Source: a virus. From it: DNA of 64,000 nt. The stretch covers positions 1-64,000 of IMG/VR virus record IMGVR_UViG_3300044981_000387, one strand, 5' to 3'. The number at the start of each line of letters is the position of its first letter. Positions within the stretch are counted from its first letter, which is position 1. Made by a program: the position numbers and the translations under genes. Shown in pieces: positions 28,596 through 38,341 of the stretch. Under the pieces are notes generated by a model. It searched no databases. It was not told the origin of the DNA and saw only the letters and a program-made list of their open reading frames with translations.

Positions 28596-29849
28596 TTATT
28601 CTCCTATTATTTTAACCGATTTAACTATGAAATCCATGGTATGTTCATCTCTAATGCGAGAGAACAAAATCTGCAAATATCCTGTTCTATTCATTTCTTG
28701 AATAACTTCATCCAATGATTTTTGTATTTTAGTTTGAGCTAGGTTCTTTTTAATAATCTCAAATACTTCTTGATCACTTAGCTGTGAATCAACTTCTTTT
28801 TCTCTAATGGCATCTAAAATCAAAGATAACTTAACATTTTTAGTAGCCATCTCCATAAACTTCTCTTTATCTGCATCAGCAATGGTGGTCCAATCTAACT
28901 GCGATTGATGGGCCAAATATCTAGCTTCAGACAACGACATCCAGTTGGGCACATTGATGGTATTATCAGCCACCAAGCGCTTAGCTACTGCATCTTGAAT
29001 GGCCATCTTGGCAGCACCTGCTACACGAGCGGTAGCCGCTAATTGTACTTGCTCACGCAATTCCACAAAATCTTTTTTTCCCATTTTAGTGGCCAATTCG
29101 TCATTAAGCGGACAAGGAGTATTTTTAGCTCCCGTTATTAAAATCACCTTGAAATGCACCGTTTTGCCAGCAATAGATGGTAAACTACCCTCTGGAACAT
29201 GAATGTCAAACTCACGAGCTTCTCCACTTAACATGCCTAACAAATTAGGATCAAAATCAGGAATCTGATTGCTGCCAATAGTGACCATTTCACCAGAGGC
29301 AGATAGATTATCTACCTTGACGCCATCAATGGAACCTTCATAATCAATAATGATATTATCACCATTTTGGACTACATCAGTATCACTATAAGGAGCCGCA
29401 TCACCTAAACGCACGCGCAATTCTTGCATCATTTGTTCGGCGACTTCATCTACCTTCGGCGTATTATGAGGTTTAACCACTTCCATATTTTGGAAAGGGG
29501 TCAACTCAAACTCTGGCTTAGTATACATCTCAAACTCACAGGTAAATTTACCGCCATCTAACAACAGAGAGTTAAACTTGGGAGCACCATGTGGGCGAAG
29601 TTTTTTCTCGAACAAAGTATTGTGAAAAGCATCTTCTGCCAAAGCTCTCTTCAAGGATTCTTCGATTTGTTGACGATAGTGCATTTTGATAGCATCCATC
29701 GGAATCGGCTTTCCAGGTCTAAACCCAGGGACCGGGGCTTTCTTAAACTGATTTTGCACCTCAGCTCTTTTGTCCATTATTTCTAAAGCATTAGCTTCAT
29801 AATGGACATTTAATTTGCATGATTCAATTTCATTAACTTCGATTTGCAT
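28596..29849 (-). CDS. tig: Trigger factor (ribosome-associated chaperone/PPIase)
   Basis: Signature VPGFRPGK, FKBP domain (DYEGSIDG...IPDFD.NLLG), C-terminal domain; 417 aa. Confidence 0.9.
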   Translation of the reverse strand: MQIEVNEIESCKLNVHYEANALEIMDKRAEVQNQFKKAPVPGFRPGKPIPMDAIKMHYRQQIEESLKRALAEDAFHNTLFEKKLRPHGAPKFNSLLLDGGKFTCEFEMYTKPEFELTPFQNMEVVKPHNTPKVDEVAEQMMQELRVRLGDAAPYSDTDVVQNGDNIIIDYEGSIDGVKVDNLSASGEMVTIGSNQIPDFDPNLLGMLSGEAREFDIHVPEGSLPSIAGKTVHFKVILITGAKNTPCPLNDELATKMGKKDFVELREQVQLAATARVAGAAKMAIQDAVAKRLVADNTINVPNWMSLSEARYLAHQSQLDWTTIADADKEKFMEMATKNVKLSLILDAIREKEVDSQLSDQEVFEIIKKNLAQTKIQKSLDEVIQEMNRTGYLQILFSRIRDEHTMDFIVKSVKIIGE

Positions 29850-29851
29850 AA

Positions 29852-30028
29852 TTATTCCTTATTTTGTTTAGCTTTAACTTCATCTATTTTTTTTGCTATA
29901 GAAAGCATAAAATCATCTACTTCAATCAATTTATCTTTTGCCTCATCATCCAAATGCTTGGATGCCGGAGATTTTAACCATTTGAGTAGGGCGCGAGATT
30001 TTTTCATAAACTTTTTTGCAAGACTCAT
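29852..30028 (-). CDS. Small hypothetical protein (58 aa), not in ORF track
   Basis: Translated by hand: MSLAKKFMKK...KQNKE-TAA; fills the gap between neighbours. Confidence 0.55.
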   Translation of the reverse strand: MSLAKKFMKKSRALLKWLKSPASKHLDDEAKDKLIEVDDFMLSIAKKIDEVKAKQNKE

Positions 30029-30031
30029 ATT

Positions 30032-30814
30032 TCACCAGTTGACCTCTCCATATACCGACTGACCAAAAGCTTTACTCTTACCCGCAGGACAATGTTCCAA
30101 GAAGTCGCAATAGTTGCAGAGTGCCGAAGGAGTTGGCTTAAAATCTTTCTCCGCCATAATCTGTTCAGCATATTCTATATATTTATTCGGCACTTTCACA
30201 ATCTCTTTCTTTGTGAACTCAGTAGTAATATACTCAAAATCATGTCGAAGAAGAATGTAAGAGGCGCGCACCTTCTTGATAGAAAGATCTTCCGATAAAA
30301 TCACGTAAGCATATGTTAGAAGCTGAAACCAATCATTTTTCAGATATTTTTTATTTTTGACCGTTTTATAGTCGCATACGTGGATCACATTATCGGCATC
30401 CAATTGAATCCTGTCAATCGCCCCATTTAAGATAATATTATCAAAGGGTAACTCAAATCTTTTTTCGCAAGCAATGACGTTTGCCGGTAAATTATTTTGT
30501 TTATCTTTGGTGATAAGGCGTAGATATTTGTCAACAATAGCCCAGCAATCTTTTTTCATTTCCGGACTCATCTTGTCTTTATACTCGGACCAAGCTACCT
30601 TAAAGGCGTCGGTCATAGAGACATTATAAGGCAGCAAGCAACCTTCTAGATAATAATTATGAAATACTTCTAGCACACGATGGCAGAACTTGCCAAAGAT
30701 ATGATGTGCCCAATCTTTTTTGGGCAACCTAAGAATATAATTAAACTCATACTGTTTCCTGCATTGGTCGAAACATTTTGTTTTGCTGACCGAAAGGCGC
30801 AAATCTTCTGACAT
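30032..30814 (-). CDS. PD-(D/E)XK nuclease of the Cas4/AddB/RecB-like family
   Basis: C..QY, G..H..LE, GAIDRI, DYKT, QL..Y, C-terminal CNYC..C. Confidence 0.85.
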   Translation of the reverse strand: MSEDLRLSVSKTKCFDQCRKQYEFNYILRLPKKDWAHHIFGKFCHRVLEVFHNYYLEGCLLPYNVSMTDAFKVAWSEYKDKMSPEMKKDCWAIVDKYLRLITKDKQNNLPANVIACEKRFELPFDNIILNGAIDRIQLDADNVIHVCDYKTVKNKKYLKNDWFQLLTYAYVILSEDLSIKKVRASYILLRHDFEYITTEFTKKEIVKVPNKYIEYAEQIMAEKDFKPTPSALCNYCDFLEHCPAGKSKAFGQSVYGEVNW

Positions 30815-30860
30815 AATAACAATCTTTTCTTTTAATGTGTAATGTTTATATATCAGAGAA

Positions 30861-30875
30861 GGCGGCTAGCCTGCC
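30861..30875 (-). terminator. Possible weak intrinsic terminator hairpin
   Basis: Minus strand GGCAGG-CTAG-CCGCC followed by TTCTCT just after a stop codon. Confidence 0.3.
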
Positions 30876-30883
30876 GATCCTAA

Positions 30884-31876
30884 TTAAAATAAAACTCGAC
30901 GTTGAAAAGGGATCCACTCGATTACCTTGCCGCCCCAAGCTACTGGCATATAAGATAGGTTGCCATCAAAATTACCATTGGGCACAAAAGGTGTAGTAGC
31001 AATAATCCACTGATTACTAGCAGAATCTCGATAATAATAAGTCATTTCATTAGTACGTGGATTATAATGTGATCTTAGGAATGCGCCAGTAGGTGTAGGG
31101 GCACCATCAGGGCCACTATTGAAATAAGCTACACCATCTCTAGCCCTCTCTTGATTTTCTAAGGTAAAATACTGACGATTGATTTGAGGCGGATCATCAG
31201 GATTTTCCAGACTAAAGTTTTGGAAGATAACTAGCGCGCGAGGATTAAAAGTGGTAGTAAATTGCTCCGTTTGCTCACCATCATAAGCATCATTATAATT
31301 GGGATTATAATAAGTTTGAGCCGGTAAAGTGCCAATGCCGGGACCGGTTTCACCTTCCGCGTTAGTAGTAGAATAAGGTATTTGATAATTCTGAATGTTC
31401 CAAGGTTGGTTAGTATAACCGGTAGGATAACCATCTGCACCATATCCAGTAGGAGTGGCTGGTAAAGCTGGATTAAAGACGGTTACACCAGAGTCAGCTG
31501 GATTCAGATACTTACCCTGGGGTTCGTGGGGTGGTGTACCGAAAGGATATCGATCTGGACTGATACCATTGACAGGTGCCGTGGTAGTAGAATGTGGCAA
31601 ACGAACATTACTATTTACTATATCGGTTTGATAGGTCTCACAAATTATTGGAGAGGAATCAGTGCCATTAGTAGCTAAAATCTTTAGAGTAACAGCAAAT
31701 TGAGCATAAGGCAAAAAGAGGGGGCTAACATAAATATCAGAGAATAAAGTGGGGTCAGTCCCATCCAAAGTATAAAAAATAGTGGATGGCACATTAGTAC
31801 TAATAGATATGGTACGAGGAATACCAGAAACTATTTGCTCTGAAGAAGCGATAACTGTCACACAAATAACTGCCAT
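30884..31876 (-). CDS. Fn3-like/chitobiase C-terminal domain protein, probably virion surface
   Basis: STIFYTLDGTDPT motif; Pro/Thr/Asn/Tyr-rich. Confidence 0.6.
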   Translation of the reverse strand: MAVICVTVIASSEQIVSGIPRTISISTNVPSTIFYTLDGTDPTLFSDIYVSPLFLPYAQFAVTLKILATNGTDSSPIICETYQTDIVNSNVRLPHSTTTAPVNGISPDRYPFGTPPHEPQGKYLNPADSGVTVFNPALPATPTGYGADGYPTGYTNQPWNIQNYQIPYSTTNAEGETGPGIGTLPAQTYYNPNYNDAYDGEQTEQFTTTFNPRALVIFQNFSLENPDDPPQINRQYFTLENQERARDGVAYFNSGPDGAPTPTGAFLRSHYNPRTNEMTYYYRDSASNQWIIATTPFVPNGNFDGNLSYMPVAWGGKVIEWIPFQRRVLF

Positions 31877-31877
31877 T

Positions 31878-32195
31878 TTATACCAGGTTAAGAAATCTTG
31901 GGTTATAGGCGGTCATTTTTTTTCTTAATAATGTTCTGTATATTTTATGCGCCGCCCTACGAAAAGCACGAGCTATCTCTAGATAATGCTCTTCCCCTTC
32001 CCTCCTATACAAAATTATGAACTGGTCATGACAATCTAGAAAAGCCATATCAGGAGAGATCTCTTTAAGAAATCCTTGTTCAATTAATACCATTTTGTTA
32101 AGAGCATAAAAAAGTAAGAAACGATAGAACTTATTAGGTTCTCCTGCCTCCATATATTTTGGAACAAATTTCTCTTTCAATAGCTCTGCACTCAT
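31878..32195 (-). CDS. Hypothetical protein
   Basis: 105-aa ORF. Confidence 0.55.
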   Translation of the reverse strand: MSAELLKEKFVPKYMEAGEPNKFYRFLLFYALNKMVLIEQGFLKEISPDMAFLDCHDQFIILYRREGEEHYLEIARAFRRAAHKIYRTLLRKKMTAYNPRFLNLV

Positions 32196-32219
32196 TGTAT
32201 CTGTATATCAAAATATACA

Positions 32220-32813
32220 TTATTTATCGTATAAATGTGGAATGATCCGATTATAAACCTCAAACTTCAAGTCTTTGATAGGATTATTATTAAATAATAC
32301 ATAATCAAATTCTTCATCCAGAATAGCCGCTTGACCCGTCTCACTTATATGTTCTATTTTAGACTGACCAGTATCACGATACAAACGAATTAAATAAAAA
32401 CCCTTACCACGCAGATAGTCAAACTCATTACGAAAACGCATGTCGGGCACCACCACAATACTTTTCTCATCAGTACTAGTGAAGCGTTGATTAAAATTAT
32501 CAATCCATATATTGGGATTATAGCTTCTGCCTAACGTACCTATATCAATAAGCAGTTGACGCACCGTAAGAGGCACTCCGTTCTTAAAAGCTCCCGGTAC
32601 TATTTCATTACGAAATCTAGAAGAGCCATATAAAAACTTCCTAGGTGTAGCTGGATACATATGACGAATCATTTCTTTCATAGGATCAGCAAAAGCCAAA
32701 TAATAAGCAGACTTGTATTTAGTACCATAATACTCACGCAGTTGTCTTACCAACATCTTACCTAGTGTATTTTTGCCAGTATTAGCCTTTCCCATTATAC
32801 CTATTTTATACAT
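32220..32813 (-). CDS. Deoxynucleoside monophosphate kinase
   Basis: IGIMGKANTGKNT, AFADPMKE, RQLL..IGT, PDMRF.NE, HISE. Confidence 0.85.
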   Translation of the reverse strand: MYKIGIMGKANTGKNTLGKMLVRQLREYYGTKYKSAYYLAFADPMKEMIRHMYPATPRKFLYGSSRFRNEIVPGAFKNGVPLTVRQLLIDIGTLGRSYNPNIWIDNFNQRFTSTDEKSIVVVPDMRFRNEFDYLRGKGFYLIRLYRDTGQSKIEHISETGQAAILDEEFDYVLFNNNPIKDLKFEVYNRIIPHLYDK

Positions 32814-32822
32814 TAACTCTCC

Positions 32823-35030
32823 TCACCACGAAGACACTACCTTTGCCTGGGATACCATATTTATATCTTGCTCCACTAAGATAGCATGTGAAAATTTATC
32901 TTTTAACTGATCATTGTGAGTAATAACTAACACTGTAAAATCTTTTTGTAAAAACTTGATTATCTCGACGAAGGCGTCCACTCTACCCTTACTTAAGGAC
33001 TGATCTAACTCATCAAGCAGCAAAAACTTAATATCAATACCCAATAGGTTCTGCAATAGAAAAGAGATGCCTAATTTAAGACTAAACAATACCATTAACT
33101 GCATGGCTCCCGAAAGCTGTTCATAATAGCGTTTTTTACCACCCACTTGATACTGAATATCTAAAGTATCTGCCTCTGTTCCATCTCCTTTGGTCTTTTC
33201 AACAAAGAAAGAAAGTTGCAGGTTAGGTCTAAATTGAGTTAGTAATTTATTGACTTCTACTTGTAAGTCATCTAAAATATTATGAATAATAAGGTTAGGA
33301 ATACCGGTGCTAGAGAAGGCTTGGGCCACCAAAGGATATACGCCCAACTTGTTTTCTAAATCTAGAAACAGTTTAGATAGATCTTCTTTCTTTTGCTTAT
33401 CTAAGCCTCTTTGCGTAATACTGTGCTCTAATACGGCTTTGTTGCTGGTGAAATGAGTAACTTCTTTGTTAGCAATACCTATTTTATTAGCTACTTGGAC
33501 TATATTTTTCTTTTCAAGTTCAATTTGTTTCTGCAATATTTTAGCCTCTTCTAGAGAGGAGTTTTTTAACTCCTCTTGCGCTTTCAACAATTCTTGCTCT
33601 TTTTCCTTTAATTCATTAGAGTTTCTCTCTAAAGTGGCAGAATATTCATTATGTAAGTTACGCTTATCCGCTAATTCTTTTTTCTTGGTGACAATTTTAT
33701 TCATCACGCTCTCTAAATGTTGTTTAGAAAGGGTCGTACTATTAATAGCTTGTTGGTGAGCTTGAATTTCTAAGTTTAGCTTTTGCACGGCAATCTTGAT
33801 ATTTTTAATGTTAACCTGCAATTCCGTCATTCTAGTACGATCCTTAATCAAATGCTCTTGTCGGTGTTGATCGGTCATAGGCTGACGACAATGCTTGCAC
33901 ATACTATCAGTTGGCATAGGGATCTTTAGCTCCTCATATTCTTCCATATCAGTCTTAATGCTAACATTATGTTGTGTCACCAACACCTTTTTGTTTTCTA
34001 TTTTTTCGGAAAGAATATCTATTTGAGCGTAATCAATGGTTAAAAGTTGCGTTTGTGTTTCTTCTAATTGTTTAACCTCTATCACTAATTCGCGAGCTTC
34101 CTTAACGATGTTAGATTTCTTAGTTTGATATTCTTTAACAGTAGTTTCTAATCTGCTTTTAGCTTGTATAATAGTTTGTTCGATGGCTAATGAAGCAGAA
34201 AACTTACTTTCCAAACCATTATAGTCGTTAGTGAGCTGACTCACCTTATTGTTGAGCCGCTCTATTTCCTCTTGATAAGTAGACATCAACAATAGACTAG
34301 AGGCTAAGTTCTTTTCCACCTCTATCATTTGAGTACGCATTTTTAGTAAATCGACTTCAGGATCTCCCAGCCCCTCAATCAGAGCGCGAACACGATCTAA
34401 CTCTCTGGAAAGGGCAGCAGACTTATCCTTAGTTAGTTTTTCTAGTTTAGCATAGATAACTAGATTCAGGGCATCTTTGAGAATAGCTTTTCGTTTTTCT
34501 GGAGTGGCAGTCGCTAGACTGGTAAAATCATGTTGTACAAAATGCACAAAGGTTCTGAATGACTTATAGTTAATCTTAAGAAGCTTATTTAAGTCCTTCT
34601 CAGTATCTGCTGCGCGTCTGCCTGAAATGTCTTCCCAATACTTTTTATCAAACAATGTTTCATAGGTATCGGTATGCAAAACTTGTTCTATGGTGCCTAT
34701 TTCTGCCGTTCTTTCATATAAAGACAGATCAGTAGAGCCTTTAATCGTACGTGTGCGCGCGAGCCTATATTCTTTATCACCCATAATAAAATCGAATACC
34801 ACTTTACAAGAGGTCGCATCATCTCTGATAATGCTTTCTAAATTGAAATTGGATTGATTGAATAACACATATTCAATAGACTTAAAAATGGTAGTTTTGC
34901 CTACACCATTAGCCTCAGCATCATTGCCTTCTGCCCTACCTACCAATATAGCTGAACTAAATTGAGTGAAATCTATGTAGGCCCAATCATAGCACATAAA
35001 ATCATTTATGTATAAACGCAAAGGTCTCAT
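32823..35030 (-). CDS. sbcC: SbcC/Rad50/gp46-like SMC ATPase
   Basis: NGVGKTT Walker A, coiled coil with CKHC hook, LSGAM signature, LLLDELD Walker B. Confidence 0.9.
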   Translation of the reverse strand: MRPLRLYINDFMCYDWAYIDFTQFSSAILVGRAEGNDAEANGVGKTTIFKSIEYVLFNQSNFNLESIIRDDATSCKVVFDFIMGDKEYRLARTRTIKGSTDLSLYERTAEIGTIEQVLHTDTYETLFDKKYWEDISGRRAADTEKDLNKLLKINYKSFRTFVHFVQHDFTSLATATPEKRKAILKDALNLVIYAKLEKLTKDKSAALSRELDRVRALIEGLGDPEVDLLKMRTQMIEVEKNLASSLLLMSTYQEEIERLNNKVSQLTNDYNGLESKFSASLAIEQTIIQAKSRLETTVKEYQTKKSNIVKEARELVIEVKQLEETQTQLLTIDYAQIDILSEKIENKKVLVTQHNVSIKTDMEEYEELKIPMPTDSMCKHCRQPMTDQHRQEHLIKDRTRMTELQVNIKNIKIAVQKLNLEIQAHQQAINSTTLSKQHLESVMNKIVTKKKELADKRNLHNEYSATLERNSNELKEKEQELLKAQEELKNSSLEEAKILQKQIELEKKNIVQVANKIGIANKEVTHFTSNKAVLEHSITQRGLDKQKKEDLSKLFLDLENKLGVYPLVAQAFSSTGIPNLIIHNILDDLQVEVNKLLTQFRPNLQLSFFVEKTKGDGTEADTLDIQYQVGGKKRYYEQLSGAMQLMVLFSLKLGISFLLQNLLGIDIKFLLLDELDQSLSKGRVDAFVEIIKFLQKDFTVLVITHNDQLKDKFSHAILVEQDINMVSQAKVVSSW

Positions 35031-36217
35031 TCTTTGGCCTCTAGTTTATTAAGAACCACTATTTCCATAGCCAATTCAGTAAAAGCAGGACGCAATTTAT
35101 CCTCAATATATTTATCGGCATATGTTTTAATGGAAGTAGATACGTCCATCTTGGTATCGATAGTATTATTACTATCTTTTTTGATTAGCGATATTTTTTT
35201 GGATTCAGTAATGCCAGTAATATTAAAAGCCCCTTGAGACGATAAATATTTTTCAATAGTCGCTTTGTTAACTGATTTAAGCTCGGGTGCCGCTAAAGAT
35301 ACTTCTACTCGCACAATAGATTTATCCCAGGTTTTTTCCTGTTTTAATTGTTCTAACACATATTCTGTTGGATCTTCAGTATCTTTGGGGACCACTACAC
35401 TGAACTTCTTTAAGGCACGAGTAGGAAGATATTCGGTGTCCCATTGTCCAGTCATACAATCAAAAATAACGATATGCTTCTTTTGATCAGTTTCACTAAA
35501 ATTAGAAATATCCATACTGCCAATGTGAGCAATATGAGGAGATTTTTGCATTACCTGTGGTGCATGCACATGGCCCATCCATGTGTAATTATAGCCTTGA
35601 AACATATCTAAAGGACAAAATAATTCATTAGTAATATCATCGATTTCATCGCCTACCGGAATGGATCCTTCGATAGCTAAATGACCTACCAGCACTTTTT
35701 GATAGGTAACGGGAATGCTAGCCAACTCATACACTAAACTATCTCGTAACAAAGAAATGGCTTCTGCATTAGAACTTACACTAAAAGCCTTTCTATCACG
35801 ATAAGGCATAAAAGTGAAAGCAGTTCTATCTATTAGAATAGTATCAATATCTCGATACACACTGACATTATCTAGATCCACTTCACTAATAACATCTAGC
35901 GGAGAGGCATATACGAAGCCACTACGCAAAATATCATGATTGCCTAAAATGATATGAACATTAACTCCATGCACTTGACACTTTTTAAGCCAAGCAACAA
36001 AAATAGCTAGCAACGAAGGATGTGGTTTAGGGTCCTCAAACACATCTCCAGTGATGATGATATGTTCTGAATGATGCTCTAAAGCCCTATCCAGCGTCCA
36101 CTCTAACAAATTGATCTGATCAACGATGCGACTATTGAGATTAGCACCTAATACAATTTTACCAATTGAGGTACCTTTTCCAAGGTGCGGATCGCCTAAA
36201 AGTATTACATTTGACAT
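35027..36217 (-). CDS. sbcD: SbcD/Mre11/gp47-like nuclease
   Basis: GDPH, TGDVF, GNHD, GH, GHVH metallophosphoesterase motifs; adjacent to sbcC. Confidence 0.9.
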   Translation of the reverse strand: MSNVILLGDPHLGKGTSIGKIVLGANLNSRIVDQINLLEWTLDRALEHHSEHIIITGDVFEDPKPHPSLLAIFVAWLKKCQVHGVNVHIILGNHDILRSGFVYASPLDVISEVDLDNVSVYRDIDTILIDRTAFTFMPYRDRKAFSVSSNAEAISLLRDSLVYELASIPVTYQKVLVGHLAIEGSIPVGDEIDDITNELFCPLDMFQGYNYTWMGHVHAPQVMQKSPHIAHIGSMDISNFSETDQKKHIVIFDCMTGQWDTEYLPTRALKKFSVVVPKDTEDPTEYVLEQLKQEKTWDKSIVRVEVSLAAPELKSVNKATIEKYLSSQGAFNITGITESKKISLIKKDSNNTIDTKMDVSTSIKTYADKYIEDKLRPAFTELAMEIVVLNKLEAKE

Positions 36218-36837
36218 GTGTAAAAAGTTATCTGGTCCTTTATACGCTCTACTATACGACGTAAGGCGTCGTTATCGTGATCGCGTGTGAGGTTGTGCTG
36301 ATCATATACCCAGCACATTCCTTCGATAAACTTTTGTGATTTTTCATCATTATGAGATTGACGAAATTCTCGAACAGTATTGGAGAGGTCTAGCATAATT
36401 TCTAGGCGCTCAGAAAAGTCTTGCTTACTAACAATACTATCGCTATCCACATCGGTAGCAAATATTTCCAAAATCTTTTTAGCAGCTTTGTCCCAAGAAA
36501 CTCCCTCTAAAGCTGCAATAAATTGACACCCATGTGCGAATGGGCTACCAATTCCACAACCAAAACACTTAAAACTATTGGTATCTGGATAATACCAAAA
36601 GGAAGGTGAGTTCTCGCGACCACCCTTATGAGACTTAAAGGGGCAGGTAATTTTGCGATTGTGCGCATCTATGCGCAAACGATAGTGCTTGAATATATTA
36701 ATAAGTGGAACCGTATTAGCTAGATTAATTAGGTCTTGATCAGGATCTTGTCCAACAAAAGCTGCTGCAATATCTCTAGCCTCCCCTGATGCCTGGCTGT
36801 AGCTATTGGATCCGGTTGAATTTGATATTGGGCGCAT
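36205..36837 (-). CDS. Stand-alone DnaG-type CHC2 zinc-finger (primase zinc-binding domain) protein
   Basis: CPF..H....SPSF.......FKCFGCG then F..A...L helix; no TOPRIM. Confidence 0.85.
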   Translation of the reverse strand: MRPISNSTGSNSYSQASGEARDIAAAFVGQDPDQDLINLANTVPLINIFKHYRLRIDAHNRKITCPFKSHKGGRENSPSFWYYPDTNSFKCFGCGIGSPFAHGCQFIAALEGVSWDKAAKKILEIFATDVDSDSIVSKQDFSERLEIMLDLSNTVREFRQSHNDEKSQKFIEGMCWVYDQHNLTRDHDNDALRRIVERIKDQITFYTCQM

Positions 36838-36915
36838 GACTGGGTATACTTTCCAAAATTTTCTTTTTCTTCCGAAATAAGTGCCAATAGCACCTCTTTG
36901 GGCGTCATAGTCATA

Positions 36916-37425
36916 TTATCCACTAACTTTTTTAGTGTCAAGTATCCTAGCAATTTCTTTAGTTACAAAATCAGTAAGAACGTTACCATCAATCTTTTTG
37001 TTTGTTTGAGTAAGAGCATATTCTAATTGATTAATACGATCTCGTTGATCAAAACAAGTATTGAAAAGCACAATAATCCAAATTAAAGAACCATCACTTT
37101 CTTCTTCATTAATGTCATTATTAATGTCTTTAGCTAATTGTACCATATTTTGTAATAGCTCGCGCTTAGTTTCCAAAGCGAAAACATTCTTATTTTGCGG
37201 AAGCGTTTTATCCGCCATCATCTTAGCAAATTGCATTGCTAGATCAGAGGCGCGCACTTTATAAGAAGAAGCACGTTCTTGCGAAGAATGTACTTGTTGC
37301 TGAAAATCCTGTGGCGTTGGTTTCTTAGCCGAACCATCAAACATAGACTTCTGCGAACTAACATTCTTTAAGGTAACTTTATTTTCTCTAGGCCCCTTGG
37401 GCTCTTCGTCAAATGGACCTGGCAT
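36916..37425 (-). CDS. Hypothetical helical protein
   Basis: 169-aa ORF. Confidence 0.55.
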   Translation of the reverse strand: MPGPFDEEPKGPRENKVTLKNVSSQKSMFDGSAKKPTPQDFQQQVHSSQERASSYKVRASDLAMQFAKMMADKTLPQNKNVFALETKRELLQNMVQLAKDINNDINEEESDGSLIWIIVLFNTCFDQRDRINQLEYALTQTNKKIDGNVLTDFVTKEIARILDTKKVSG

Positions 37426-37431
37426 AATACC

Positions 37432-37761
37432 TCAAAACTTTTTTGGAACTGGAAGTGGGGCAGGAGCACGAGAAATAACAACAAACCTATCTACTAACTC
37501 TACCACAAACTTATTGCCCACGGCTGCCTCTAAAGATGGCAAAGTAGCCGTAGAACGAACCGTAGCATAGAGTTTAGTTGGGTCAATTCGAGATTCTGGA
37601 CTAACATGATCTGCTACCGTTTGATTAGGTAAAGCAAACATATTAATGGGTAACAGCTTAATTTCATCCCAGATTTTTTCGGCATCAGTCTTTACTACTG
37701 GAAGAGGAGCAACCACTGGAGCAGCTACCTTTGGTTGGGATTTCTTGGTTTTCTTTGGCAT
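37432..37761 (-). CDS. Hypothetical protein
   Basis: 109-aa ORF with GGAG RBS and upstream TGATATAT motif. Confidence 0.6.
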   Translation of the reverse strand: MPKKTKKSQPKVAAPVVAPLPVVKTDAEKIWDEIKLLPINMFALPNQTVADHVSPESRIDPTKLYATVRSTATLPSLEAAVGNKFVVELVDRFVVISRAPAPLPVPKKF

Positions 37762-37781
37762 ATTTTTCTCCGTTTATGAAC

Positions 37782-38090
37782 TCACAAAATACATATATCA
37801 GCAAAAGCGTCGTTAAAATCCTGCTTTTTGATAGATCCCTCTAATCTCTTTACCTCTCGACCCTCTTTTAGAAGTAGTAGGGTTGGAACAGACAATACAG
37901 CAAATCTAATACATTGAGTATGAAAGTGGTCAGCATCAATAGCTAAGTAGCTGACATCTTTGTATTTTTCTTCTATTTGGGAAATAACATAAACCAATTT
38001 ACTATGAAATGGCATCCAGGTAGTATAAAAATATAATGCCTGGAGAGACTTATCTAATTTAATTTCTTCTTCTTGAGTAATAAATAGCAT
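37782..38090 (-). CDS. Thioredoxin-fold protein lacking CxxC
   Basis: LYFYTTWMPFH at the WCxxC position; IDAD, SVPTLLLLKEGREVKRLEG. Confidence 0.75.
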   Translation of the reverse strand: MLFITQEEEIKLDKSLQALYFYTTWMPFHSKLVYVISQIEEKYKDVSYLAIDADHFHTQCIRFAVLSVPTLLLLKEGREVKRLEGSIKKQDFNDAFADICIL

Positions 38091-38341
38091 TAATTTTTGA
38101 GTTCTTTTTTAACATCTCTGCCTAAAGAATCCACAAAATCATCTAAATCTTTGGAAGAATTAACTTTATCCATAATAACTTTGGTTACTTTTTCTACCAA
38201 AGCCTCTGTTATATTACTTAACTCATCGGTAGTGATTAGACCTTTCTCTAAAAGCACTCGTTCTAAGGCAGTCAGCCTCAACATAGTATCAGCCAACAAA
38301 TTATCGTAAGTAAAGTCGGCTGGGCTCTTTTTATCAGTCAT
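38090..38341 (-). CDS. Hypothetical protein
   Basis: Likely start MTDKK with GGAGG RBS. Confidence 0.55.
   Translation of the reverse strand: MTDKKSPADFTYDNLLADTMLRLTALERVLLEKGLITTDELSNITEALVEKVTKVIMDKVNSSKDLDDFVDSLGRDVKKELKN

Noticed and set aside
30032-30814. CRISPR-Cas system suggested by the Cas4-like nuclease
   Set aside because: No repeat-spacer array or other cas genes found; stand-alone Cas4/AddB-like nucleases are common in phages.
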